Part shown: positions 48,886-63,051 of the stretch, one piece after another | How the letters are laid out: every line of letters starts with the position of its first letter | How positions within the stretch are numbered: position 1 is the stretch's first letter | Assembly (NCBI RefSeq): GCF_024521635.1 | Contig: NW_026250438.1 | Coordinates: 1 to 64,000, forward strand | Source of the DNA: Tricharina praecox | Lineage: Eukaryota | Direction: 5' to 3' | Length of the DNA stretch: 64,000 bases | The notes under the pieces: generated by a model | The model's database searches: none | The model's input: the letters and a program-made list of their open reading frames with translations, nothing else | What the model was told of the DNA's origin: nothing | Made by a program: the position numbers and the translations under genes

Positions 48886-51800
48886 TGAGACTGGGGAGTG
48901 GAGAGAAAGCCGACTCGAAACGTGTTGATGTGTATGTGTTTGCTGTGAGAATTTAGAAGGTCCCGGGTAAAGTTCATACAAGAGTTCCCGATCGGTACTC
49001 TATCCACCTACTACCTAGGTGTGATATCAGATAGAGTGCCCACTGGGCGGCCGGTACAGTGGCCGTACTATTCTGGGCGTTCGAATACATACTCTACCTA
49101 CGGTACTCGGATAGGTACAATTGAATCTGCCAGCCATGACGGAACAACACTGACCCCTCTCCCCCAAGTCAGAACCCATCCTTCTTCCCCTCCTCCTCTT
49201 TCTCGCCAACTCCCTCGCCGCCGCGCCAGACCCGCCATATGCATTCCTACACCCCCATATCCCGTCATCGCACTCACTAGGTCGCCGTACGACGTCCATG
49301 CCCTGCATAGGTTCAGCTCCTGCGCGGTACTCGCGACGTCCAAACAACTTTGCAGGTCCTGAACGGCGGTCACGTCGCCAGCACACCGAGTATAACTAGG
49401 CAGTAGCGATTACGCGGGCTCTACATACATTCCTTGGCTACATGAACTTTGAACAAGCTGGGCGGGGTATGTATGCCATTGTATGGTACTTCTGCGGCAT
49501 GACGTTATACATATCATACCGTTTGAGGTCTGGACTCTGGTGGAGGATGCATCTCGGATTCGTGCTGGTGCTGGAGGAATCGCATCCACATCCATATCCA
49601 TATCGAACGAGGCTGTTCCGGCGAACTATACATTCAGCCCAGGACTACCTATACATACCAACCCTCGCCCTTCCTGACTGGTTCGACGAGAGCGCGTACG
49701 TTTCAACTTTCAGCTCATACAGACGTTTACCATGGCCATATTTATTCGTTCGCTACCGGCGCGAGTCGCAGCTGCAGTGCAGGCTCGCATAGCATAAAAC
49801 GCTCTGGTTTTTTTTTCGCGTTTTTCCTCAGCTCTTCTACCTGGGGACAAGGGGACGAGGGGACGAGGGGACGAGGGATGGATGTATTCCTTGTGAACGG
49901 TGAAAATTACACCGAGACTGAAATCCTGAGGTGATGCTGCTGATGTTGATGATGATGTCGTACGAGGCTCCCCTGCCTGCGCAAGGCGTGGTGAGTTGTG
50001 AGCGTGACCGTGAACGAAGCGAAGAGCTGTAGTTAGTAGGTAGACTGTAATAGAGAATCTTATGTGATTCCCGACCATGTAGCCATATTATGTACAGTAC
50101 ATACTCCATACCTATCATACATGCGACATCCAGCCGCGGCCGTTTGCTCGCGTTCGCGGTTGGTTGGTTGGTTCCAGCAGCATACCCATAGATAACATCG
50201 AGAACTATTGAAATCAGCCCTGAGACTGAGCCTGAGCGAGAAAGAAAGAAGAAAAAACAACAGTTGCCGTCTTTTTAGACGGCACGGAAATCATTTTCTC
50301 GGACGTTCGCGTGGGCAGTGAGGACTGGGCGCAGCAAGAGTACTCCAATCCAGCAAATATCCAGCACCGGCGGCACCCTCTATGAAGCCGATAATCGTTG
50401 CCGTGCCTGCGATAACGATATCGATAACTATCCAGCCCCGCCATGCCGCTGCCCGTTGTGTGTACCGGTATGTACTCTATGTACGAGCCCGAGACATGTC
50501 GTGCGGCGTGCGGCGTGCGGCGTGACCTTGCGGTCACGAGCACACGGTGTTTCTTTACCGAGTTTCTTTACCGAGTATGATACGACATATGATATGTGCT
50601 CCGATTGCCGTCCAAGACATCGGCCCGCACGTGCTGCCACGATCCAAAGTTCTCCGTAGGTACTCTATGCAGAAGTTAGAACCCGGCCCACTGCTGACAC
50701 AAGTGACATGCCCGATTGCAAGTGCCGAGCAACATTCCGCAGTGTCAGAAGACCCGGGGGACAGATGACATGTGCGAGCTACCTATGTTTGTCCCGAGCG
50801 ATTTCCATCTTCGGCCCGAATTTCTTCCCGGCATATGCGGCTGCAACTGCGTCTGCCACTGTCGCTTGGACTTGCCCGTGAAGAGGTGACAGTGTATCGT
50901 ACCGTATATATCAGTATGATGCGACCGGGAAATGTCCCGGGATTCCAATGTCACTGGCAACTGCACTGTGCTTAGCTGAGGAAATTACCTACGTGGTGCA
51001 TCCACCATGTAAGTACTGGTATGTACATAATACATCAGCTGTCAGCCCGTAAGACTGTAGATAACTAATCCGCAGCGTGTCAACCGGCCCCCCTCAACAT
51101 AAGCATTCTTCCGGTACTCTATGGTAACCACTACTCGTCATTCCAAATCCGAGCTCTAACCTGCTACGCTGTAACTCAGCAAGAGAAAGAAACACCCATT
51201 CACTATTGCTGCTCTCTGTACATATTCGTTTTCTAGACGCCATAACTGCGTCAAACGCGGCAAGTTTGAAGCTCTATCCCCCGCTGCTGCCTGCGGCTGT
51301 TGCAGGGCTGCAGGGTAGAACTCTAGAATCTGGACTCTATGTAGAGTACTCTGAGCACGTACTTGCAGTCTTTCAGAGGTAGGTCATATGTGATTCCACA
51401 GCCGCAGTACATATCGCCATGGCGGTGCGGGGTATTTAATTGCCCAGCTTTCAAAAAGCAAGTACGTACTCTACATACACACCCACATGCTATGCAGTCC
51501 TCGAAACGAACCATGGGCCCCGCAGTCCACTCGAACCGCAGTGCGCAGGGTTTTCGTTCAAGCTCAGCCCTGCGGTTGCAGCTGCAGAGTCTAGCACACG
51601 GCGAGATGGATTTTCGATCGCTCGACGCCCGTTTGTGTGGTGGGGGCCCTGGGGGGGATCGACTATCGGTATGTCGGTCTATTTTTAAAGTCCCATTCTA
51701 AATTTCGCACCCCCAGGGCCGCTACTGACTCTAAGTATGAGCATTCGAGGGGACACGATCTTCTGATTCCCCTCGCCTTCCAAGTTCCAAGTTCCGGGCT

Positions 51801-53443
51801 GAAATCCGAAATCCGAAATACCGACACCACCTTCAAAGTTCAAAGTTCAGGCTTCACCAAAATCCCAATTACGGCAGCGTGCGGCTGAAGCGAGACGCAA
51901 AAGTGTGGTGTGGTGATGTCAGCGACTCAGCGTCTTGGTCAGACGTGTGCGCAACGGCACTTCGTGAGATGCGCAAGGAGCAGGAATACCCTCTCACAAC
52001 GGAGGAGGTGGGAAGACTGGAGAACTGGAGCTCGACACAAATGCGCGCACGCCCAGCACGCACGACAAGAGATGAAAAAAGGGAAGGAATACTAGAGCAC
52101 ACTACGGATGCGTATCGGCGGGACACGTTGGAAAGCCTGGAAACCTCACTGGACGTGGTTGTAACTTGTCGGTACTCGACTGCCTATCCACCTAACTCCT
52201 TGCTGATTGGCGAGCAAAGCGAGCCCTTCTCCCCCTCACCGGTGGTGGCGATCTGCGAACCCCACGCCCGCCCAACGCGGATAGGCGGGGCTGCGGCTAC
52301 AGGAACAGCCACCTCAGTGGTGGATACACTGGATGGGCGGAAACCGATAATTGAAATGTCCATGGCTATTTATCGATATTATCGATTTTCTGTGATCCCC
52401 AGAAAGCCATTCGAGTGAGGGGGTGGGGGTTGAGTTCAACATTTTTCTGTCAAACCAGCTCTACTCTTCCGGTACAGTAGTAGTATGATTTAGATATCGG
52501 TACGTTACCCAACGCCGCCGAGAACTCTCCACGTCGAGCCTCGGTGCCTACCCGACCGGAACGGGAACCGTCTACAGGTCCCAGGAGCTTGGCCCTACGC
52601 GGGTTACGGGTTTATCCAATCACCGTCGAGAACGTATCACCGCTGCACACTGGTACTCCATCTACCTATGCGTGTACCTACTCTACTTTGCGCCGCCTAC
52701 CTACATACATGTTGTCATACAACCACGTCTGGGCCCATCGACTCTTCGAGCGGCCAACAGAGTGAATCGTGTGTATCGGCCTGCGCACCGGATGCGACAG
52801 GTCTCCGGTTGGTCTCCGACATCTATATCATGCGAGCGTCTTTTCTCGGCGCGGAGGTTGGGCGGCGGCGGGAGGTGAGACATGTGAGAGTCGAGACATG
52901 TCTGAGCCTGAGCCTGATGTGGCATTGGGTGAACGGTCATGCGATGTCACTCACTCGAGGCGTGGATGGCTGCTGGTTGTAGCTATGATTAGATGGGAGG
53001 GGGGTGCGAGATAGGGTAGGTAGGTAGGTGGCTATCGGACGAGTGCTGGATGGGGTGTACTTAAGGCTGTGAACCCTTGGTGCTTTGCTTTTAGAGAGGA
53101 TTTTGGACGGGACTAGGGAGGGGGTGCGGCATCGTGGATCACTCGCTTCGATATTTCAACATCGCGATATGGTCCGAAACGGACGACAGAAGACGAGAGG
53201 GAGACGGGACCGATATGGATAGCTTCGGTATATCGCCATATACTAAAAGAACGTACTCGTCAGACCACGGGGCGCCGCCCGTTTCGATCCGGCGGTCACA
53301 CAACTCGGAACCCCCTTTCCCACCGACATATTTCCACCCTTTGATCACTTCATTCCCGGCTGCACGACCGCGAGAAGCATGTGCGATGTCTATTCCCCCC
53401 TCCCCCCTCCCCCCCTTTCGCTTGACGTAATCCCCATGCAAGC

Positions 53444-54359
53444 TTACAGAACCAACCCGACCACAGCAGCCACAGCCACAGCAACCACACTCCCCACGCG
53501 CACTTCCCGCCGGCCAGCCCCACCAGTAACCGCACTGGCCGTCGCACTCGGTGCAGATCCCGTCTCGCTGTCCCCACCGGTCGGCGTCGGAAACGGCAGA
53601 GGCGAGGTAAGTGTGGTCCCCCCCGTCGGCGCGGGCGCCCTCGTCGAGCTGGTGCCGGAACCGCTCGGGCTAGCCGCCGTCGAGCTCGCGCTCGGCGTAC
53701 TCGTCGCCGTCCCGCCCCCGCTCGCCGTCGTCGAGCTCGACACTACGCCACCATCTACCCCCGTCATCGTCAGCATGTATCCCGCATATCCCGCACGCAC
53801 CTTGGCATTACGCACCTCCAAACTCCGCGACAAAGAAAGTCCCCGCTACCGCCTCTGCAAGACTATTCTTCCCTCTCCACGCCTGCACATCGAACCCGGT
53901 CCTATTCTCCGGCACATCGCTGATGACAAACCCCCTCGGCTGCCTGTACAGCAACCAGACATACCTATGGCGTCCCGTCCCCTGCGGCGGGGCAGGGGGC
54001 GCATACTCTAGCGCTGCGTCAACGTCGCTACTCAAGTTCGTGCCGATCCCTGGGGCGGGCGAGAAGTCTGTGCCGAGGAAGTGCAGCACCTGCGAGGCGG
54101 GCGCGGGCGCGTCCGGGTCGATGCACAGGATGATGTAGTTCGCGTTAGTGTTGATTCCGTCCGAGTCGCCGAGGGCAAAGGTGGGTGCGGACTGGGTTAG
54201 GGAGAGGGCGACGGTCTCGCCTGAGGTGAGCTCGTTGGCGCCGTAGGTTACTATCAGGTTGGTGGAGGTGGTGAAGCCGGTGGTTAGTTCGGTGGGGATC
54301 GAGAGGGACTGGCTGGAGCTGAGGATGAAGAGGAAGGGGAGGAGGATCAGGGAGAACAT
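53444..54359 (-). CDS. Secreted PEBP-family protein with Ser/Thr stalk and probable GPI signal
   Basis: complement(join(53444..53754,53816..54359)). Signal peptide; DPDAP, LHF, YAPPAPP.GTGRHRYVWLLYRQP; S/T-rich linker; hydrophobic C-terminus VVAVAVAAVVGLVL. Confidence 0.9.
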
Positions 54360-56280
54360 CGTAGTGATTATGCTTTATGTATAGGTATAGGTAGGCGCGC
54401 GCGGGGGGGGGGGGGGGGGGGGGAGATGAGAACCAGCTCAGAAGAACGTAAAGAAGACAGAAAAGAAAGAAAAACCCGCGGGACCGGAAATTGACAATGG
54501 GGGAGAACAAGCTAGAAAATTACTAGAACAGCGGCGCGTCGCGGAGATATATAGAGTAGTACCTAGCAGCATGTACCGTAGATCTTGCTGCCTGACGAGC
54601 CCTGACGAACCAGCGAGGCGTCCGTTCTGCGGCGGCTTGTGTTCCATGTCGTTTCCGAGACGTTTAACCGCCCGCGCTTGAAACACCCCCGTCGTCGCAG
54701 TGCAGTGCAGTGCAGTGGATGTACGAGTCAGTTATGGCGGAGCCAACGGAGAGAGAGTAGGTAAGGCACCGTGGGTATCTACGAGCCTCCCGTCTCGGCT
54801 GTGTTTGCGAGTGCACGCAACTTGGTCGGCCGAGACGGCGTCGCCGTGGATGAGTCAAAATTCAACGAGTGACTATTTATATTCCGCTGTGCTAGGGCAG
54901 TGGGCACCGGGGCGCCAGCAATACACTGGGTCCGCGACCGTGAACATTGGCGTGGACCGCATGCAAAGGGAAAGGGAGGCGCCACACCATGCCACAGGAG
55001 AGCACCCTGCAGTCCCGAGTCCCGAATCCCGAATCGCGACTTCGGTGCTTCGTCAGCGGTCCATGCCAGCAGAGCCGAAGCCCGATCGGCACAACCGCCC
55101 CGGAAGCGCAAACCCATCATCGCTTACCGCTCAACCGCACAGTCGGGTGAAAAACGATATGTAATCTGCCATGATCTACACGATCTACTAAGGTCTAATG
55201 CGATGGTGATTAGACAAAAACAGACAAAAAACCGGCCGAGACGGCGAGTGAGCACTGAGCACGCAAGGAACGCTCAGCGGGAAGCTTGCCGCCGCCGCCT
55301 GGTAGCCCATATCCGATTGCTCCAATGCGTTGCGCACCGTTTATGCGCCGCCCGCATAGCCACTCTCGACGGGTGTTGCTGCGCCTCCCTCCCGTTGTGT
55401 TTTCCAACGCCGATGCGCAGCTGGACCGCCGGCCGAACCGCCGCGCCACACTCCCTGATCAGTGATGTCCGAAGGCCGAATGATCGACGGGGTGATGACC
55501 GTACGCGCCCCGGCGCTCTGCGGCTCTCGCGCTCTCGCGGAATTGCTTCATGCGATCTTTGAAATAGAGTACGGTGTATAGAGTCGATGTCACTACCACT
55601 TGTCAACACATGACAGCACCACTGCCATAACTCTTACCCCCTTGCTAGTTACATTTGTACGAGAGGATACCCGCGGTGATACATTGATCTTCACCAACTG
55701 AGGGCGCCCTGCGATGTGTCCGGCACTCGAATGCCGAGCCGAGCCGCTGGACATGCTCTCCAAGTACCGTACTCTAGTGTCATCCGGCGCCCAAGAAGAA
55801 GAAGAAGAAAAGAAGAAAACATCCCGAAAAACAAAGCACAACGCTCCCCCCAGAACCTGTCTAGCGGGAACCTCGTTGACGTTCGATTGCCGACGCCGTT
55901 CCCACTCGAGCAAGTCTGGGCTGGAACTGTGCTGGGATGGCGGTGACAGTGACAGTGCCCACATGCCTCCGCTGCGGAATGCGCACTTGCTAACCACCGA
56001 TGATGACTAGCTGAGAGGGTCAGAGAAGTTGCATGCGGCCGTCAACTTTAGAGTAGGCTGACCATCAGCCGCTGTTAATTATTCAACCAACCGGATGTTC
56101 TGTTCTGTAACTCTGCTCGATCGTTGATTGCACGACAGCCCTGAGACCGCTACTCCCCATATCCCAGCCCGCTAGCCGTAAGCAGAAACCCCTCGACCGG
56201 AGACAGACCAATACGAGTGAGCAACAATGACAACGTGGAAAGCCCACCGGAGGGAAGTAAAACCTCCCAACCTCCTCTCC

Positions 56281-56330
<50 letters not shown>
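56281..56330. repeat. (AAC)n microsatellite
   Basis: About 16 AAC units. Confidence 0.95.
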
Positions 56331-56331
<1 letters not shown>

Positions 56332-57601
56332 AACCACTACAACTACAAAAAATACAACAAAAAACACCATCGATCGTCGTCGCCCCCACAACGCCTGCCT
56401 GACTGCCTGCCTGACTGCTTGACTTCCTGACTGCTTGACTTCCTGACCGCTTGACTGCCTGGCTTGCTAACAAGATTTCCCAGCCCACCGGCAAGCTGGC
56501 TCGCGGGGGACAGACTCGTGCGGAGTATTGGAAACGCAACGCCTACTCTGCGTGCGTGTGTGGAGAGGGCGACGCTGACATGCTGTACTCCAACATGCTG
56601 TAACATGCTGAGGAGTTTGGGTGGTGGGTGGTGGGTGGTACTACATAACCTGAACGCTGGACGCTGCTGCACCCCTGTCCTGCCACCGACTCACCGGGTG
56701 TGCGTTCTTACTCCAGCTCTCTACAGGACGGGGGGAGGCATAGCAGAGTAACGTGCCGTGCAACCCGCGTGTTGGTTTCTGGCTGAGGAGTTTTTATCTC
56801 GCAGAGCTACACGTGTTGAGCATCCTGTACCAGCAACTGCGGCCGTACTTGCGATCGCGAATTTTGCCTTTCGCACGGGTAGCACGGGTACAAGCGAAGT
56901 GTTGAGCCGGGCTGGGGCAGCGGGTGCTTGTCAAGTGAACTTTTTATCCCCGCGTTTTGCGGAGCAGTAGATCTGTACAAAGTACTTCTTAGATATCCAA
57001 CATATGGATGTGATTTTTAGGTATCGTGTGTCGTGTCCCGTTTCCGTTGATCTTCCCAATCCCCTCCCCCCTAGCTCCCACCTAACTCCCTACTGTACAT
57101 ATGGAAAACCCTCAAGTCACGAGGACCAGCCCAGCCCTTCCCAGAGAAAAACAAATGAAACAACAAAAACAAAAACAAAAAACGCCCAACTTCCCACTCA
57201 CTCACAGAGATCAAGACAAAAGAGAAAGACAAACGAGAATACAGCTTACAGGAAAAAATCTCAGCCCCAGCCTACAACCAGCAGCCTCAGCAGGTGCTCC
57301 AGACAGAGACAAGAGGAAAGAAATAGAGAGAAACAAAGGGAAATAGAAGAGAAATAATAAAACAACATAGATGTACAGAGGAAATAATACAAAGGAAAAA
57401 TTACAAAGGAGACTGGGACTCGGACTCGGGAAGTAAAAATGTTGCAGAGAACTCGAGGTTCAGTGCAGCCGAACCGACTCGGGTGTCCTGGGTAAATTGG
57501 TTGCCGTGAGAGTCGGGAGTCCCCAACTCCGCCCGGATTCCGTGTATTCGAGAGGTCGACAAGAGAATACCGTGCCGCTCGGTATCCCACCCCCCAAACG
57601 C

Positions 57602-58309
57602 CTACGCTCTCGACGTCCCTGGCACCACCGAGATCGTCCTCCCCTGCCCCGCCATGACCGCCTTCGCCGGCGGCAGCGGCATCCTCAGCGGCGGGACCTC
57701 TCGCACCTCCATAGACTGCACACTGATCCTCAACCCCTCCGGCCTCTTCCCCTGTGCGTCTCCATCCACATCCTCTCTCGTATCCTTCCGCACCTCGTCT
57801 TTCTCCTCCAACCCAACCATCTCCCGCATCATCCTCCTCCATCCAATCCTATTCTCGCTTTCCCCCTCTCCCCCCTTCCCATCCTCCCCCTTCCCTCGCG
57901 CGGAGTCCGGCGACTGCGGATCCTCGCCCTCTTCCCCCATCTCCGCGCGCAGCGCCCTTAGCGCAGCATCCTCCTTTTCGTTCTCGCGACGCAGCCGCCG
58001 CCACAGGTAGAAGAACACGCCGACGCCGACGAGGCCGAGGAAGCCGAAGACCCCTGCGGTGATTAGTGACGCCCGCGCATCCGGTGGCTTGTAGCCGCCC
58101 TCCGAGTACGGGCCCGCTGCGCCGTTGGGCAGGTCGACGTCGTCGTAGTCGCGGGTGTGGAGGGTGCTGCGCAGGTTAGTAGGGGAGAGAGGGGTGGAAG
58201 GGGGAGGGGAGGGGGGACGGGGGAAGTACAGTGGTAAGGCGGTGGATATGGCGAAGAGCACTGCTAGGACCGCGAGACGGGTGAGTGTTATTGGCGTCGT
58301 CATAGTCAT
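57602..58309 (-). CDS. Hypothetical type I single-pass membrane protein
   Basis: 235-aa ORF: N-terminal hydrophobic signal, TM segment LITAGVFGFLGLVGVGVFFYLW followed by RRLRR, charged cytosolic tail. Confidence 0.7.
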   Translation of the reverse strand: MTMTTPITLTRLAVLAVLFAISTALPLYFPRPPSPPPSTPLSPTNLRSTLHTRDYDDVDLPNGAAGPYSEGGYKPPDARASLITAGVFGFLGLVGVGVFFYLWRRLRRENEKEDAALRALRAEMGEEGEDPQSPDSARGKGEDGKGGEGESENRIGWRRMMREMVGLEEKDEVRKDTREDVDGDAQGKRPEGLRISVQSMEVREVPPLRMPLPPAKAVMAGQGRTISVVPGTSRA

Positions 58310-59307
58310 TGTCGCGGTACGTTGGCACTCCGGTTAAGTTGCAGTTGCAGGCTGATCAACAGCAGACGTGCCGTCTTCCTGTCGGGATTCGTTTCGAACG
58401 ATGTTGGGCACGCGGCGGAGGAGCGGGTGTTTTTTTGCGCGTCCGGGAAGCAAGGAGGTCATATCATATATGTCGGTGGGAAGGCGGGGCTGGGCGGCGG
58501 GGAGCGGGCGTCTCCAATCACATATATATCTCCCCTTCAAGAGCAGAGCGTGCAGAAGATAACAATTACCTAGATGGGCTCCGCTGGACTCCCCGGAGTC
58601 CCTTTGTGGTACACTACAATCACTGCGCAACGTAAGTATGCATCCCCTCAGTGAGGGCCGAAGTCAGACAGTCAGTCAGTCCTCACAATTTTTTTCCTTT
58701 CTTTTTCTTCTTCTTTCTGCGAACTGCATTCGATTTGCTTGGGAAGGGAAGCACAACCCCAACCCCGGGCGCGAAGAAAACACAAAGCCGCGACAGTGTC
58801 AAAAAGAAAGAAGGAAAGAAAGAAAGCCAGACAAGAAGAAGAAGAAGAAAAAAAAGCAGCTGCTGCTGTGTGCCCCGAGAAGCTCAGCTGCGCTCCGCCA
58901 ATACAGTATCTACCTAGCCTAGCCTAGCACGCTGCCAGGTAAGCATGTTAACCAGACGTCAACCTCCCTCGGCGCTTATGCCACAGTCCACTTAGCTGCC
59001 TGAAGATCACCACCCCCGTGTTGCCCGGCCCCCCCACTGCGCAATGCCCATTGCCTAACTAGGCCTGCGCAGTGCGCTGCAGGCTGGCACCTGGGCGCTA
59101 AGTAGAGACATCGCTGGGCAAATCAAGGAAGCCGAAAGCAATACCAACACGAGGTATGAAGATGTTGTAGTATGTAGTAACGGTGTTGTCAGTTATCAAA
59201 TTCTTCATAAGAGAGCGAGGGAGTTACGGTACGGTAGTTATCGTGACCCATGCCGCGAAAGCGTGGGATAGGCTGCGGAAAGGAGCGGGGCGTGCAGAAG
59301 CTACGTT

Positions 59308-59339
<32 letters not shown>

Positions 59340-62300
59340 GGAGACAGAAGATCAACGTGCAGAAATCCCCAGTATGTACGATTTCTGCACAATAATCATT
59401 GACTGCATGAGTGCATGCGTGCTTGCAGAAGAAGGTACGTGCGTATATAGGCGATCGTAGTCACGAGATCTTTGAGCAACGAGTGACGGGGAGTGCGGCT
59501 GGGAATGAGACCTGTCGATTACCTATGCTTGAGGAATTTGCTTTGGCTGCTGGAGATCTCGATTCTCGACATGCTTCCTGCCTGCCTAGGCGGTAAGTCA
59601 GGTGTTGGTGACGATAGTCGGGGATGCGAGGTTCGACTCTGCCCTCTTCGATGCACCATCACGAGAGTAGAAAACATACCGTCGTTGGCGAGACGATCTG
59701 CAGGAGGAAAGGACGGCACGGGCGTTCTCCCAAGTTCCAACCCAACATTCGCCGCTGCCTTCTATGTAGCGGAGACAAGACAACTCAGCACGATGGTAGG
59801 CCCGACCACGCCTCCAATGTACCAGTACGGATGGGAACGCCAGGACGGGGAGGAACCGAATCGGACAATTGCAGGCTGCGTGACGTCCCGGTTTCCAGGT
59901 TGACCACATAACTGATATCCCGGGTTGTGGGAGTTTCCAGGATGTCCCTCTCGTGCGGGTGGTGCAAGGATGCAACGTTGCGCCGTGCGACGTCCGGTTG
60001 CTGGGAGTCTTGGAGTCCGGGCGTCTTGAAGTCTGGGAGTCTGGGATATCCGGATGGAGAGCAGGCAAGTCACAAGGCATCACTCTGCTGCTCCACGGAC
60101 TCCGATCTTCGTACGGTGTAAGCTGTGCCACGAACCACGATTCACAGCGAGTGAATACATCGACGATCGCGCGAGAATACCGTGTAGAGTAGTGCCCACT
60201 CATGGTACTCGAAGGACGCAATGATCAAGCGATACGTAACCACGATCCCCGCTTTTTTTGTCCAGAGTTCTTGATCAGTGAGCCGCTTCCCATCTCAATT
60301 CTCGATTCTCGCCTCTTGGCATCGATCGCCTGGCCTCCTGCGCCGACAGAACAGGCGGCAAAAATCTGTAGAGTATTTAGCTGCGCCTCACAGCTTCCCG
60401 AAATCCTGACGGGGGCCGAAGACCAAAACCAATCCCGGGAGAGCACCCCGAGTCCCGCAGCCGCCGGGAGAAGAAAAAGAAGAAGAAGGGAAGAAAAAGA
60501 AACGAAAGAAAAGGAAACTCAATACAACTCAACCTAGCCTGAAAAACAAACGAAAAACCACAGACCACGAACTAGACTAGAACCAGGTATGAACAAGAAA
60601 GTACTAGGAATCTTCCTAGGTACTCAAATAACATGTATCCGTCACCGATAAACATCCCTTATCATCGCAGCCCTAGGACTATGATACCGGCTCGTCAATT
60701 TCGCGAGAAATCCCCGCCATGACCCTAGCCTCAGATCGTGAAGCTGACTGTGCATATCCACAGCACCAGCAATCGCAAGCGAGCGAACCCGTGCACGCCG
60801 CACGGTCGGTGGTTGGCCTGAAATGCCCAGAGATTAACTAACCGATACCGTAGTAGCCTTCTCAGCGGTGGTGGGGGCTTCGAGTCTTCGACCAACACGA
60901 TGCGGAGGGGGGGAGGGGGATGTTGTCAGGATCGTCCAGCGCTGGATATTGGACATGTCTTAACTCTTGACTCTTGACTCTTGATTCTAGAGTGAGCCGG
61001 ATGGTGGGCTTGCCGTGTTGCCGTGTTGCCGCGGAAATGTATTGGTAATATGCATTGGTATGCATAAATGACATGAGTACACATCGGTTATTGCACCCCC
61101 AAGTGCATAACTATGTGGTCCGCATAACGACACACCGGTTATTGCACCGGACCTGCGATCATCCAGTGATCGCCATGATCCGGCCTCATCGCCCCCTACC
61201 CCCGCCCCTGAGTCTCCGTCGTCACTGTTGGCGTCCTGGACAGGTCTGAGGTGGACAGGTTCCGGAATGCTCCAGCCGAATCTTGTTGGATGGATGGAGT
61301 GAACAAGCGAACCGAGAAGAGCGGGAGCGGGAGGAGATCGAACAAGTGGCTGTCGAGCTGTCTGTTGGGTATGTATTGTACGTCTGCTAAGAGAAACCAC
61401 AGGAGAAAGACTCCAACACCACGCTGAACGATACATGCTTCATAACCACCAACGGCTAGTAGACCTCAACCATTTACGGTGTGCTGTGAGTACAATCTTG
61501 CACAAATCCGCCTGGTCTGCCCCTCCTCGTCATCGTCCGGTGGGCAGATCGCTCTAGCTCTGGGCAATAGTTACGGTATGTCAGCGCCCAGGCTAGCAGT
61601 ACACTACCTGCCTACTCATCTACCGGTATCAGTCCAACGCTTTATCATAACATAGCTCTAGCTGCTCCACCAATGATCCTCTGAAGATCTCTCGCGAATC
61701 GGATGTCGGACGAACCCTTGGGATATGAAGCGGGGGAGGCCGACGGCCCCCGCCTGAAAGTTGTCACATCGATTGTGCCGGCGGCTACGACTCTACGAGG
61801 CATTGCGGTTGTGAGATATCGTCACCGACTCAGATTCCGCAGGAAGTCGTAGCTGCCCCAACATTGTGCGATATCATCATGCCTACCTATCCACCCGATA
61901 GCATACCTGGATAGGTACTTACGTACCACTCTCCAGGTTGTTTATACAACAGTACTCGTTACGGAACCAACAAATCTAGTAAAGCAGTGTGCATCTTGAC
62001 GGATATCTATCATCCAGCAAATACTTCAGCCTGCCACCTAGACCGTGGACGGGAATTTTAAATGGAGAAAGCAGCGAATAGGTCAGCCGCACCAACTGAT
62101 AACTCAGACCCAGCCGTTACTGTATAGCCGGGCCAAAAACCGGCACCGGATTATGCCTTTCGATCACTTCTATTGGTACAGAGTTAAGGACTTACCTACC
62201 GTAGGTACTGCCGTACTAGCAGAGTAGAGCACAATACATATTCACGAGCTGAAGGAAGACTCATATCTGCTTGTGTAGCCCACAAACTTGCAGAGTGTGG

Positions 62301-63051
62301 GGTTCAACGACCCACGAGCCTGGTTGGTCGGAAATTGGCTGGGACTCGAATTTCTCCTCAGACTGTTTTGATTGGTGATGAACGACGTAGCGGTAGACGT
62401 CGATTGGATGTATCCAAGACCTACCTACTAGTATTGCTACATACTTCTTCCCTAGGTGTCGTCTGCTACCTACCACCATGAGAGGAGCACATGAAGAATA
62501 TATGAAGGATCAGATAAGATTTGAGGAGGCTAGCCGGATCGATTGACACCGAACGTTGTGCAATACATCGGCAGCAGAGGAGAGCCATATTAGATGGCTC
62601 TTCGAAGCTGAATACAACCTCAACGTCTCCATAGTCTTTCATTTTCGCCGTCTTCTCCAGGATTATGTCACTGGGGCCTTGGGCACTCGAACACCTCAAG
62701 GGTGTGCTACATACCGTATCCTGGCGACCGTCACACACATGTATATACATAGACCCCGCAGGTGGCAGAAAGCAGATGACCCCACGCAGATGAAGAGCCG
62801 CAGATGGTACGGTATCAAAGCCTCGCCCCACGCGAGTCAGCGACTATCAGACTCGGTGAACAACCTACGGTAGCGGGAATGCCCGAGCATATGTACACAT
62901 CCAGCACGTTGACTCGAGTATAACCCGAATCTTCACACAGTTGCCTAGAACACACCGAAGCCGGTCTCAAAGTCCGGAGGCTTGTCTACCTCCTATCATC
63001 ATGACGCCTTACTGGGCTAACACCAATAGCCAGTGTACGTAGCAGCCGACA

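Noticed and set aside
61600..62880. Protein-like short ORFs upstream of the terminal HET-like gene
   Set aside because: Fragmented by stops with no identifiable family; may be a decayed gene but unsupported.
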